Position numbers and translations under genes: made by a program
DNA from: Octopus bimaculoides
Taxonomy: Eukaryota
Reading direction: 5' to 3'
Assembly (NCBI RefSeq): GCF_001194135.2
Contig: NC_069007.1
Location: 11,820,404 to 11,884,403, forward strand
Length of the DNA: 64,000 bases
Shown: piece after piece, positions 38,977 through 51,105 of the stretch
Layout of the letters: each line of letters begins with the position of its first letter
How positions within the stretch are numbered: the stretch's first letter is position 1
Notes under the pieces: generated by a model
Seen by the model: the letters and a program-made list of their open reading frames with translations, nothing else
The model's database searches: none
What the model was told of the DNA's origin: nothing

Positions 38977-39345
38977 CGCATATATATTCATACAAACACA
39001 CATGTATATATTCATATAAACACACACATACATACACACATATTATACTTTTTGTTTCTGCATTATGTTAATTTGTCTTGGAATAAAAGACAGCAGTTCT
39101 ACAAAGTTTGGTCACTGGAACCTTTGTAAAAAGGATATTTTCTTGTTATGTCGTTAATGGTTCTTCTCAATTAATTAAAGTTGGCTGAATATCGATTTAA
39201 TTTATTCATGAATGTATAATCACCTACCACCTGTATATACATACACATAAACATATATATACATATATACACTGATATACATACAGACATAGACACGCAC
39301 TTACACACAGGCAAGCTGTTTAAAGATTTGTGTTCAGAGCACACG

Positions 39346-39379
<34 letters not shown>

Positions 39380-39872
39380 CACAAACATATTTAGACAGTA
39401 ACATACACATATACAGGAACACATACAATAACACTGATAGACACCAACAGACATATACATACAGATATACACAGACATGCTGACATATACATACAGATAT
39501 ACACAGACATGCACACACATGCGCACACACGCACACACACTCATGTATACATTACTAAGAAGCATACACACACACTCAAATGCTCATATATACATACAAA
39601 CACACACACACAAATACTCATATATACATACAGAGAAACATTCACCCACACACAAATACTCATATACATACAGAGAAACACACACAAAAATACTCATATA
39701 TACATACAAGCACACACACACACACACACACACAAATACTCATATACATACAGAGAAACATACACATGCGCACGCACACATGCATACGCATACATATACC
39801 TCATCTAAACGTACAAGTTAATATTGGAAAGTGTTTTTATCCCTTTCAACTGACCTATTTTCCATGATGCAG

Positions 39873-39981
39873 TCTAATCTTAGGCCGGATATACATGGAT
39901 ATACGGACGGAGCATTCGTTAATGATGTTGCGACCTGATTTTACCACTTCTCTCAATACTCTACTGCCCTCTGTGAATCAG
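39873..39981 (+). other. Candidate exon (function unknown)
   Basis: Branch-point CTGAC (39850), acceptor TTTTCCATGATGCAG, donor CAG|GTAACC; one frame open (LILGRIYMDIRTEHSLMMLRPDFTTSLNTLLPSVNQ). Confidence 0.25.
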
Positions 39982-40382
39982 GTAACCTAGGTGATGACTG
40001 ATACAGCATGGGTTCGGTTCTGGTTGTCATCATCATGAATGTATCTTGGACAGTTTAGCTTGATGCCAACGATTCCTCTCCAAGCTTTTATCCAGAAATG
40101 TATGCGCCTACCTGAGCCATACCTTGGTCTCAAACACTTGCCTGTTGACCTGAGCAAAAGTTCCTTTGACTTAGTCAGTGACTCCTTTGGAAGCCTTATC
40201 CGGAGTCTTTTGCTGACTGGTGCAATGTTTAAACTTGGATTAACTTGGATTAGCCCAAGTGGAGTATGGCGCTTGGAGCGATCGAGTGAAAGATTAAGAG
40301 TTGAATGAGGACAAGTGATGCCTGTCGACATTACCATCCCTAACAAGTTGCGATTGCTAGATGCCAAATGTACAATTTCTGT

Positions 40383-40625
40383 TCATCATCATCACCATCA
40401 TTATCATCATCATCATGACCATCATCATTTAACATTCATTTTCCATGCTAGCATGGGTCACATAGTTTGATAAGATCCAGTAAGCTGCAGGTCTGTGTCA
40501 AGCTCCAATGTCTGCTTCAACATGGTTTTTATGGCTGGATACCCTTCCTAATGCCAACCACTTTACAGAGTGTACTGGGTGCTTTTTTCATTGTTACTAG
40601 CACTAGTGAGATTGGCAAGTAACTT
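40383..40625 (-). mobile_element. RTE 3' tail, diverged
   Basis: (CAT)n then TTTTCCATGCTAGCATGGG...CCCTTCCTAATGCCAACCAC. Confidence 0.72.
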
Positions 40626-41167
40626 GCAAGACAGAAAAGCCACAACTAAGTAGGGCTGGATGAGCATTTGACAGTTGGAGATGGCTTTATGCCAGATGTG
40701 GGGAGGCTAAAATATTATAAGAGGAACGAGCACAGCTGTTTTGTGAGAGAGGAGATACATAGCTACCCTGCAGCACATAAGGGTGGGTGAGAGTAGCCGG
40801 AAAGGGGTTAAAGATGGTAGCGATGAGGGCATAAGAGAGGATACAGGGAGTGGATCGGGGGTTGGAGTGGGGTGGTTTCCATAAGAGTGTGTGAGGGGAC
40901 AGTAACTGATGGTTAGAGATTGGAGTAGGAGTTAAGGCAGTGAGTAATAAACATGGGTGGAGTTAGGATGGATGGGAAACATCAGTATGGAAAGAGATAA
41001 GGTGAGAGATGTATGTGGAGCTTGACACAGTTCTTCATGTACAGAGCTCAACTCCATACAGCTGATGAAGTGGGTTTGCTCTGTCACCCCCAAAAATTAA
41101 GTAATGGGCCACATATATACGTGTATATATATAAATGTATGTGTGTGTATATATTGATATGTGTGTG

Positions 41168-41206
<39 letters not shown>

Positions 41207-41875
41207 NNNNNNNNNNNNNNNNNNNNNNNNNNNNNNNNNNNNNNNNNNNNNNNNNNNNNNNNNNNNNNNNNNNNNNNNNNNNNNNNNNNNNNNNNNNNNN
41301 NNNNNNNNNNNNNNNNNNNNNNNNNNNNNNNNNNNNNNNNNNNNNNNNNNNNNNNNNNNNNNNNNNNNNNNNNNNNNNNNNNNNNNNNNNNNNNNNNNNN
41401 NNNNNNNNNNNNNNNNNNNNNNNNNNNNNNNNNNNNNNNNNNNNNNNNNNNNNNNNNNNNNNNNNNNNNNNNNNNNNNNNNNNNNNNNNNNNNNNNNNNN
41501 NNNNNNNNNNNNNNNNNNNNNNNNNNNNNNNNNNNNNNNNNNNNNNNNNNNNNNNNNNNNNNNNNNNNNNNNNNNNNNNNNNNNNNNNNNNNNNNNNNNN
41601 NNNNNNNNNNNNNNNNNNNNNNNNNNNNNNNNNNNNNNNNNNNNNNNNNNNNNNNNNNNNNNNNNNNNNNNNNNNNNNNNNNNNNNNNNNNNNNNNNNNN
41701 NNNNNNNNNNNNNNNNNNNNNNNNNNNNNNNNNNNNNNNNNNNNNNNNNNNNNNNNNNNNNNNNNNNNNNNNNNNNNNNNNNNNNNNNNNNNNNNNNNNN
41801 NNNNNNNNNNNNNNNNNNNNNNNNNNNNNNNNNNNNNNNNNNNNNNNNNNNNNNNNNNNNNNNNNNNNNNNNNNN

Positions 41876-41932
<57 letters not shown>

Positions 41933-42128
41933 GTATGTATGTATATATGAATAAAAGTTATAATGTAGTATTCTTTACATGCATAAATACCTACACATAT
42001 AAAATACACATACACACACACACTCATATATATATATACACATATATATAAACACATACATATATACATACACACACACACACATATATACATACACACA
42101 CACACACATACACACACANNNNNNNNNN

Positions 42129-42173
<45 letters not shown>

Positions 42174-42916
42174 CACATACATATATACATACACATACAC
42201 ATATATATATATATACACTTACACACCTTCATTTATTTATATATTTTGAGGAATGACTATTTTGGAAGCAACCAGAATATTTTTGACTCATGTTACGCAA
42301 TATATTTCTGAAAAAAAATTAATTAATTACTAACATTCGTTTCTCTTTGTTGTTGTTGCTGTTTTCTTGTTCTTGTTGGTGTTGTTGTTGTTATTGTGTT
42401 TGCTGTTGCAGTACCATCAACATCATCATCAACATCATCATCACCTTGCTGTCCTCGTCATCATCATCATCATCATCATTATTTTCATTTCAGTTCTGTT
42501 ATATTCCATGGGTGGAATGGTTTACATGTCTTTTTTCTTTTATTTATTATTATTATCATTTATTTATTTATTTTTTATAATGCACCACTAACCCACCCCA
42601 CACACCTTCTTCAATTTATTTCCGCAAATTTGAATGTAAAATTTTTTTAAATTGGAAATAATTACACAACATTGAATAATATTTGAATGTCGTTATGATC
42701 TAAATGAGAAGGCCAGCAATAAATTGGTTCTCTCTCTCCAGGCACTGCCCACCCCCACCCCGCTACCGGCTGTGGGGGAGATGTCAGAATATTATTTTAA
42801 CTTGTAATATTATGAAAGGGTTTTGTAAAGGAATTTTTTTCTTTTGAATTAAATAATTTAGTGACCAGACAGGTAAAAAAAAACTGCCTGTCCCCACCAC
42901 TTTCCCAATAACGGTG

Positions 42917-43620
42917 CTAGTGTTGTCTTCTGCTAACAGACAGTTCCATGCCAAATGCTATAACCATTTGATGTGGTCCCATGTGCCAGCAATTGTCCAA
43001 TATCAAACAAGTATGAGTAGAATGGTTCCACCACTCTCCATGCATCTCAGACATGCATAACTGATGGCACCTCTGTGACCACAGAGGTTTTCTGAAACCA
43101 GTAATGTCCTCTGGTATCTCTTCCAGTTCAGGGATTCCTGGAAATTGTCCATTGACCTCTGACCTCAAGTCAAAAGTTTCCTGAAAGTGATTTCTTAGCT
43201 GGTCTTCTTTGACACCCAGGGACTCCCTCAAGGATTGTTATAGCTCATATCCACCTGAGTCTTGTGTCATCAACAAATTTCTCTAATCCCTTTTGATACC
43301 AAGCTTCCCAAGATCATCCCTGGTTCTATGAAACAGACTTCTTGTTTTAAGATGATTTAAATTAAAATCTTGTCAAAATTACCCATAATGAAAGGGGCTG
43401 TTGTCATCACCAACAGTCTGTCCCTTTGTCATTTTTAGAGGAATCTTCTTTATTTACCCCACCTTCAAGAATTTTCCTCTGTTTCTATAAATTTTTTATT
43501 CTTCTTGACTTCTGTGAAGTTGAGGAACTCTGCTCATTGAGATCTTTGGCAGACAAAACACCACTAAACATTTCACCCAGCGTGCTAACGTTTCTTCCAG
43601 GTCACCACTTTTAAGAAACT
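42917..43620 (-). mobile_element. Possible degenerate non-LTR retrotransposon fragment (pre-RT region)
   Basis: LRNHFQETF...IPELEEIP...KPLWS text resembles LINE pre-RT linkers; many stops, clade not assignable. Confidence 0.35.
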
Positions 43621-44099
43621 CTTTTATTAACAATAAAAATCAAGTAAATTTTGAGTTTGACTTTGGCAGCATTTGAGCTCAGACTGTGAAATTACCCAAT
43701 GCCTAAAATAACAGCACGGCATTCAGTTAAAGCGCTGCACCATTTCTGCTGTTCTGCCAGCTCAGCGTGTATTGTTAATATCAAATTGTCTGACTAATTT
43801 GTTGAAATATCTTCAACAAATTTTCCACAGATGATGTCAAGTAAATTAAGTTATTTCAATTCTTTTGTCGAGTTTTAATCAGTTTAACAATTTATTTATT
43901 GTACAACCATCTCACAGAATTCAATTAGAGATTTTGATACACATGTAGGATACACTGTATGTATGTGTGTGTGTTAAATGCAGATGTGTAAGAGTGTGTA
44001 GTATATGGATGAAAGTATACATACACTAAATATGTGTGTGTGTGCGTGTGTTTTTAAAAATACGCGAAAACAAATGATCCACACACAGAGTATAAGATA

Positions 44100-44370
44100 G
44101 AGAGGAGAGAGAGAGAGAGATAGACAAACAGATTGATAGATAGATAGACAAACAGATAGATAGATTGATAAATAGATAGACAGATAGATAGACTGGCAGA
44201 TAGATAGATAGATAGATAGACAGATAGATAGACAGACAGATAGACAGGCAGACAGATAGATAGATAGATAGATAGATAGACAGAGATAGATGGCTAGATA
44301 GATAGATAGACAGCTATAGAAAGATAGATAGATAGATAGGCAGACAGATAGATAAATAGATAGACAGAGA
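44100..44370. repeat. (GATA/GACA)n microsatellite
   Basis: Direct inspection. Confidence 0.95.
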
Positions 44371-44467
44371 TTTGTGCAAATACATGTATGTTTTTGTAAA
44401 TATACATATATGATATATATACTTGTAAATATGTGTGTGTGTGTGTATATATATATTTATATATGGA

Positions 44468-44525
44468 TTCCCCTGAGGAGAAGCAACACCTTATTGGTTA
44501 AATTTTGAAATCATATGACAGGGTC
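44468..44525 (+). ncRNA. Minimal type-I hammerhead-like motif, tandem copy 1
   Basis: CCC-CTGAGGA(44473)-stem II-GAAA(44507)-TCATATGA-CA-GGG; U16.1 is C. Confidence 0.6.
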
Positions 44526-44724
44526 TTATCAAATTACTTCATTCAGCAACTTTTATCTCATTGGTGATTTTGTGTGGCTGTTCAAGTTATATTTTTTTAG
44601 CTGTTATTTCTAGCAAGTGGAGGTGCTGTTTGAACCCTTATTTATGTATTCTTCCTTTTGGGTTTTTAATTGCTTCAGCCACCTATATTATAACATATTT
44701 AATATATCATAATATTGATTTATC

Positions 44725-45113
44725 GCAGGAGTGGCTGTGTGGTAAGTAGCTTGCTTACCAACCACATGGTTCCAGGTTCAGTCCCACTGTGTGGCACCTT
44801 GGGCAAGTGTCTTCCACTATAGCCTCGGGTCGACCAATGCCTTGTGAGTGGATTTGGTAGGCGGAAACTGAAAGAAGCCCGTCGTATATATGCATGTGTT
44901 TGTCTATGTTTGTGTGTCTGTGTTTGTCCCCCGTCCATCGCTTGACGACCGATGCTGGTGTGTTTACGTCCCCGTAACTTAGCGGTTTGGCAAAAGAGAC
45001 CGATAGAATAAGTACTAGGCTTACAAAGAATAAGTCCTGGGGTCGATTTGTTCGACTAAAGGCGGTGCTCCAGCATGGCCGCAGTCAAATGACTGAAACA
45101 AGTAAAAGAGAGA
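44725..45113 (+). mobile_element. SINE family A, near consensus
   Basis: Complete head, core, linker and tail; CpGs retained. Confidence 0.9.
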
Positions 45114-45235
45114 GTATATCTTATTGTATGTTTATATATGCTTAAACCGCTTTGAATTTGGCACTCAATGATTATTTTCACTCATGAGCTAATGAGAAGC
45201 AAGCCATATCTCTTTAATCTGGAATAATTTGTGGA

Positions 45236-45293
45236 GGGTCCTGAGGAGAAATGAAACCTTATTGGTTAAATTTCAAAATCATATGATAGAGTC
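45236..45293 (+). ncRNA. Minimal type-I hammerhead-like motif, tandem copy 2
   Basis: GTC-CTGAGGA(45241)-GAAAT..AACC TTATT GGTT..ATTTC-AAAA-TCATATGA-TA-GAG; G12 is A. Confidence 0.6.
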
Positions 45294-45551
45294 TTATCAA
45301 ATTATTTCCTTCAACAAGTTTTATCTTGCTGGAGTAAGATGTTGTGACTTGCCACTTGCAATCCCTTTAAACATCTCATGAGGTTAGTGATTTTGTGCGG
45401 CTGTTCTTAGTTACATTTTTTAGCTGTTATTTCTAGCAATTGTAGGTACTATTTTGCACCCTTATTTATGTATTTTATTATAACATATTTGATACATCAT
45501 AATATTGATTTATCATTATAATATCTCATTGTACATATATATATATTATAT

Positions 45552-45714
45552 AAAGCACCCACTACACTCTCGGAGTGGTTGGCGTTAGGAAGGGCATCCA
45601 GCTGTAGAAACTCTGCCAGATCAGAGCCTGGTGTAGCCATCTGGTTCACCAGTCCTCAGTCAAATCGTCCAACCCATGCTAGCATGGAAAGCTGATGTTA
45701 AACGACGACGACGA
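45552..45714 (+). mobile_element. RTE 3' tail
   Basis: AAAGCACCCACTACACTCTCGGAGTGG...GTTAAACGACGACGACGAT. Confidence 0.85.
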
Positions 45715-45846
45715 TATATATACACACACATATATATATATATATGGATGTATGTAATGGTGTATATATTTATGCAAATATGTGTTTTTTATTAATATCT
45801 ATGAAAATATATGAATGTTTACTTATAAATATGAAGTGAAGTTGTA

Positions 45847-46081
45847 CAGGATGTTGAAAAAGTCTCCCCGCAGTGAATTTTTATTCACCCTGCCCATCAC
45901 CATGGCACTACTTCAAGAGTTTTATGGTGAACGGATTATTTCGAAGGGACTTTGGCCACCAAGATCACCTGATTTAACACTGCCAGACACTTTTTTCTGG
46001 GGAGCAAGTAAAGGATCAGTGTACAAGAATTGCCTGGAAACCATTAAATTCTTACTGCGGAGAGACTCTTTGAACACCCTG
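45847..46081 (+). mobile_element. Internally deleted Tc1/mariner-superfamily element (235 bp)
   Basis: 20-bp TIRs CAGGATGTTGAAAAAGTCTC / revcomp CAGGGTGTTCAAAGAGTCTC (17/20), TA both sides; retains LWPPRSPDLTLPDTFFWG. Confidence 0.88.
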
Positions 46082-46396
46082 TATAAAATCCAGTACCCCC
46101 AATTAGTGCTGCTTCATTAAAGCTCTTATTTTATCTTCTTGGTGACGATATTTTCAGTGGTATAGCTCTCTTTGCCTTTCTCTCTCTCTCATCTCTCTTC
46201 TTTCTTTCTCTCTCTCATTTTCTCTCTGTTCCCTCTCCCCTCATTCACTCTCACTCTCTCCCTCTCTGGTCTCTCTCCCTGTCTTTCATTCTCTCTCTCT
46301 CTGTTGTTCTCTCTCCTCCTCATTCACTCTCTCTCTCTCTTTGTTCTCTCTCCCTGTCTTTCTCTCCCTCTCTGTTGTTCTCTCTCCTCATTCACT

Positions 46397-46439
<43 letters not shown>

Positions 46440-46530
46440 GTCTTTCATTCTCTCCCTCTCTGTTCTCTCTCACCCTCATTCACTCTCCCATTCTCTCTTC
46501 CTCTCTCTCTCTCTGTTGCTCTCCCTCCCC

Positions 46531-47178
46531 AGGAACACTATTGGCTTCATAACTCTAAGCCAAAGACAATGAGACAATCCATCCAGTGGATACACCCCCT
46601 CCTCACCTTCTCCAAAGAAGGCTAAGGTTGTTTCATCTGCAAGGAAGGTGATGGCCTCAATTTTTTGAGATACAAAAGGCCTTGTGTTTATTGACTATCT
46701 TCAAAATGGTCACACGGTCAATGAAGAATACTGTGCCAACTTGCTGAGGCAGTTACGTAAAGCTATCAAGACCAAACACCCAGGAAAACTGGTGAAAGGG
46801 GTTTTGTTTCAGGAGGGCAATGCTCCAGCACACAAGCCTTTGGTTTCAATGCCAGCTATGCATAATTGTTGCTTCGCACTGATTGATCACCCTCTCTGTT
46901 CTCCTGATTGACCACCTCTGACAATCATCTGTTCCTCAAAATATAAGAAAACTCCTGGCTGGGAACCAGTGTTGCAGTGATGATGATGTCATATCTGCTG
47001 TTGATTTCTTCTTTGACCAACAGGACGAAAGCTTCTTCATCAATGGGACCCAAGCACTGCAACACCGATAGAAGAAGTGTGTGGACTGTAAAGGGAACAA
47101 TGTTGGAAAATGAACCTCCTTTGGTCATATTCCATGAGAGTATCTTCATCAGGCTATGAACTTTTCAGCCGACCCTCG
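46531..47178 (+). mobile_element. mariner (DD34D) transposase 3' half with right TIR
   Basis: RQSIQW.HP...KVMASIF.D..GLVFIDYLQNGHTVNEEYCANLLRQLRKAIK...NAPAHK...HPLCSPD...KKCVDCKGNNVGK*; end CAGCCGACCCTCG-TA. Confidence 0.92.
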
Positions 47179-47391
47179 TATCTATATATATGTCTATATA
47201 TAATATTTATAAACAAAACCCGAAAGGCTTTGTAAGTTACGGCAAGAAAGCTACTATTGGAAAACTCATAGCATAACAATAATAACTGTTAGCGTTGATT
47301 TGTGGGTTTGATTCTGGCTGGGGTTAGCCCATGATTTTTCAGTCATTTGTTTGTATTTAAAAAAAATTGTCGCTTTAAATCAAAGAATAAA

Positions 47392-47609
47392 ATATTCTTT
47401 TCTACTCTAGGCACAAGGCCTGAAATTTTGGGGGAGGGGGCCAGTCAGTTAGATTGTCCCCAGTATGCAACTGGTACTTAATTTATCGACCCCGAAAGGA
47501 TGAAAGCCAAAGTCAATCTCAGTGGAATTTGAACTCAGAATGTAAAGACAGACGAAATACTGCTAAGCATTTCGTCTGGCATGCTAACGATTGCATCAGC
47601 TCACCACCT
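47392..47609 (-). mobile_element. SINE family D, complete
   Basis: Minus-strand tRNA-like head, GAGTTCAAATTCC B-box, GCTTTCATCCTTTCGGGGTCGATAAATTAAGTACCAG core. Confidence 0.88.
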
Positions 47610-47635
47610 TCCGGAGAATAAAATTATTATACAGT

Positions 47636-47751
<116 letters not shown>

Positions 47752-48016
47752 TTTAAGAGGGTGTATATTTATTTACATATGTGTATACATATGTATATAT
47801 ATATGTGATTTAATTAGAGGTTAAATTAGCCTCGTTAAGGGTTGGTATCATCCAATGAATTACTGGTTTAGTAACTAATATTTGTTAGGAATAATAATAT
47901 TCATAAAACAATAAGTTTTTATACAAATCATGGTTTATAAATCATTCAAAAGAAAGTAAGAAAATGGAAATATAACATTTAATAGAAATTTATTATCAGA
48001 GAAAATCAAACATAGT

Positions 48017-48100
48017 TCCTTACAGCTGTTTTAATTATGCCTAATAGATTAAATAGTAATTAATAAAATCATTATGTTAGGCAAAATCTCTTCAGAGGGG
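48017..48100 (-). ncRNA. Minimal type-I hammerhead-like motif (left arm)
   Basis: CCCT-CTGAAGA-GATTTTGCCTAA...TTAGGCATAATT-AAAAC-AGCT-GTA-AGG. Confidence 0.62.
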
Positions 48101-48149
48101 TAGAAAAAAGATATACACTTAAAAACCTAATGGTATATCTTTTTTCTAA

Positions 48150-48231
48150 CCTGCTGAAAGACTTTGCCTAATATAATGATTTTATTAAGTACTATTTAAT
48201 TTATTAGGCTTAAATGAAACAGCTGTAAGGG
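48150..48231 (+). ncRNA. Minimal type-I hammerhead-like motif (right arm)
   Basis: CTGAAAGA-CTTTGCCTAA...TTAGGCTTAAAT-GAAAC-AGCT-GTA-AGGG; 1-nt lesion in the CUGANGA box. Confidence 0.62.
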
Positions 48232-49435
48232 ACCATGTTTGATTTTTGCTAATAATAAATTTTTATTAAATGCTATATTTCCATTTTCTTTCTTTTGAAT
48301 GATTATAAGCCATGATATATGTATGATCTACAATTCTCTGTTCAGATGCCAACTTCATTAAACTGTATTATCTATAAATGTGTATGTGTGGACAAGTGTG
48401 CATGCTCTTACACACACGTGTGTATGTGTGTGCTAGTGTATCTACAGCTTACTTTTATACAATTCAATACTTGGCAACAGTCACACTGTAGCGACCAAAC
48501 AGATATGTGTGTGTGTGTGTGTGGGGATGAGGTGAGTGTTGGGAGTTATGTTCTGGTCCTCAGAGGTCAAGAGATTTTCTCACAGATAAGCAATAATTTC
48601 ACAGATGTCCTAAAGCAAGATGTTCAACTCAACATGACATTTCACAGATTTACCTATTTGCTTCATAGTTTCTTGCATGTACCAATGATAGAGATATTAC
48701 AATGTTGAAATGTTGACACATTGATTGTTTGACCTTTGACCCTTTTGGCATAGATTGTTGTTTTAAGACACTCGAAAGCCTACTTTAGATCAGAAGGTCA
48801 CAAGTTCAAACTGCCAACTTCTGTGTTTGTGTAAATTTTATACTGTAGTCGTGATCTGACTAAAGCCTTATAAGTAGATTTTGTAGATGGAAACTGAAAG
48901 AAGCCCATCATGTGTGTACATGTGTGTGTGTGCATGTGGGTGTGTGTGTATGCCTGTGAATATGGCTGACCAGGAGACATGCATCAAGAGTACAAACAAC
49001 AAAAACTATGCAAGCTTAAATGCACTTCTAAATGAAATAAATTTTAAATATCAGGAAGTGTGTTAGGAAATTGAAATTTAGGAACTCAAAAAAAAAAAGG
49101 CCAAAAAGAAAATATATTTTAATCAAAAATTCATTGAAATTGTGCCATGTCAAATTAAAAAATAGCAGGAATCAGATCTGCTTCCGAACTTTCATCACAG
49201 AAAATCATAGCATAACAATAATAACTGATTTCGTGCCACCTTTGGCATTGTTCCATTCAGACTTCAAGATGTCTGGCATAAAAAATGGTTTTTTCAACAC
49301 TTATTCTCTACAGACTGTAAGAAAAACATACCAACACATGAACACGAATTCTTTTTTTTTTATTCTTTTATTCTTTTATACGTTTCAGTCCACATACTGT
49401 GGCCATGCTGGAGTGCTGCCAGTAGAAGGCTTAGC

Positions 49436-49507
49436 CACCCCAGCAGAGAATTGAACCCTAGTCTCCTGCATGACAGGTGGAGATACTTACCATTATACTA
49501 CCAAGGA
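49436..49507 (-). tRNA. tRNA-Asp(GTC) pseudogene
   Basis: TCCTTGGTAGTATAATGGTAAGTATCTCCACCTGTCATGCAGGAGACTAGGGTTCAATTCTCTGCTGGGGTG aligns colinearly with eukaryotic tRNA-Asp; CpG-type changes break the anticodon stem. Confidence 0.85.
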
Positions 49508-49605
49508 CTGGTTATATATTCATGCAAACATACACATACACACATATTCCTACAAATGCGTATACACGTTTATTTATGTCTCTGCTCACTCACATAGATA
49601 TGCAT

Positions 49606-49637
<32 letters not shown>

Positions 49638-49724
49638 CTGTGATATGTTGCTGCAGCAGCACCAGTTGTTGTAAGAGTTGTATTGATTCTTTTAATTCAC
49701 CATTAACAATGAAAACAGACTGCA

Positions 49725-49838
49725 TGCCAACCACATGGTCCCGGGTTCAGTCCTACCATGTGTCACCTTGGGCGAGTGTCTTCTACTACAGTCTCTTGTG
49801 AGTGATTTTTGTAAACTGAAGGGAACCCATCATGTATA

Positions 49839-49905
<67 letters not shown>

Positions 49906-50118
49906 GCATGTATGTATATATATACACACATATATTTATATATTGACACATACATGCATATATATATATATATGTATATATATATACGCACACATATATG
50001 TGTATACATGTACACATACATATACTTATGCAGATATAAACATGCATGTATGTATATGCATATATATATATATACATATATATACATGTATATATATATA
50101 TATATATANNNNNNNNNN

Positions 50119-50164
<46 letters not shown>

Positions 50165-50210
50165 TGACCACAGTCCATCACCTGACACAAGTAAAATAAA
50201 AACAATAAAA
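49725..50210 (+). mobile_element. SINE family A with expanded central (AT/AC)n
   Basis: Head at 49725-49830, tail remnant at 50165-50210. Confidence 0.6.
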
Positions 50211-50569
50211 TATATACTAAATACCATACAAAGATACATTAGATATCTACAAGATAAATTCATAATTTGATCAATTATATATATATATATGTATATATAT
50301 AATTTGACAACCAGTGTTGGTTTATTTACATCCTCGTAACTCCACAGATTGGCAAAAGAAACAGAGTAAGGACATAGTTTAAAAAAAAAAAGTGCTGGAG
50401 TTTGATTTATTCAACTAATCCTTTCAAGATTATGCTCCAGCTTGGCCAGAATCCAACACCCGACAAAGTAAAGAAAATGATATACTAAATACCATACAAA
50501 AATATATTGGACATTTAGATCTTCAGTGTGACCATGTGGATCTTCTGTGTGGACATTTAGATCTAGAGT

Positions 50570-50807
50570 GTGGCCATGCTTGTGCACCACTTTTAGGAAT
50601 TTTGGTCAAACTAATTGACCCCAGTACTTGTTTTCTTTCATTATACCTGCTACTCATTATATCTGTCACTTTTGTCAATGAGGACATAAACACACCAACA
50701 CCGGTTGTCAAGCAGTGGTGGAGGACAAACAGTCACAAAGCCACACGCACATATATATAAGGAAACGAGATAATACAGGAAAAACAATGGTTATGCTATG
50801 AACTTCA

Positions 50808-50861
<54 letters not shown>

Positions 50862-50886
50862 ATATATATATATGTATCTATATATA

Positions 50887-50933
<47 letters not shown>

Positions 50934-51105
50934 ATACACCTATATATATGCGACAGGCTTCTTTCAGTTCCTCTCTGCCAAATCCACTCACAAGTCTTTG
51001 GTCAGGCAAAGGCTATAGCAGAAGACACTTGTCCAAGGTGCCACATAGTGGGAGTGGACCCGAAACTATGTGGCATAGATGCAAGCCTCTTACCACACAT
51101 CCATT
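50570..51105 (-). mobile_element. SINE family A (minus) with expanded central microsatellite
   Basis: Head at 50945-51105, tail at 50570-50745. Confidence 0.7.

Larger units (their letters stand above)
47928..48315. repeat. ~390-bp palindrome (190-bp arms, 16-nt spacer); each arm carries a hammerhead-like motif
   Basis: 47928-48116 is the reverse complement of 48133-48315 with scattered mismatches. Confidence 0.93.
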
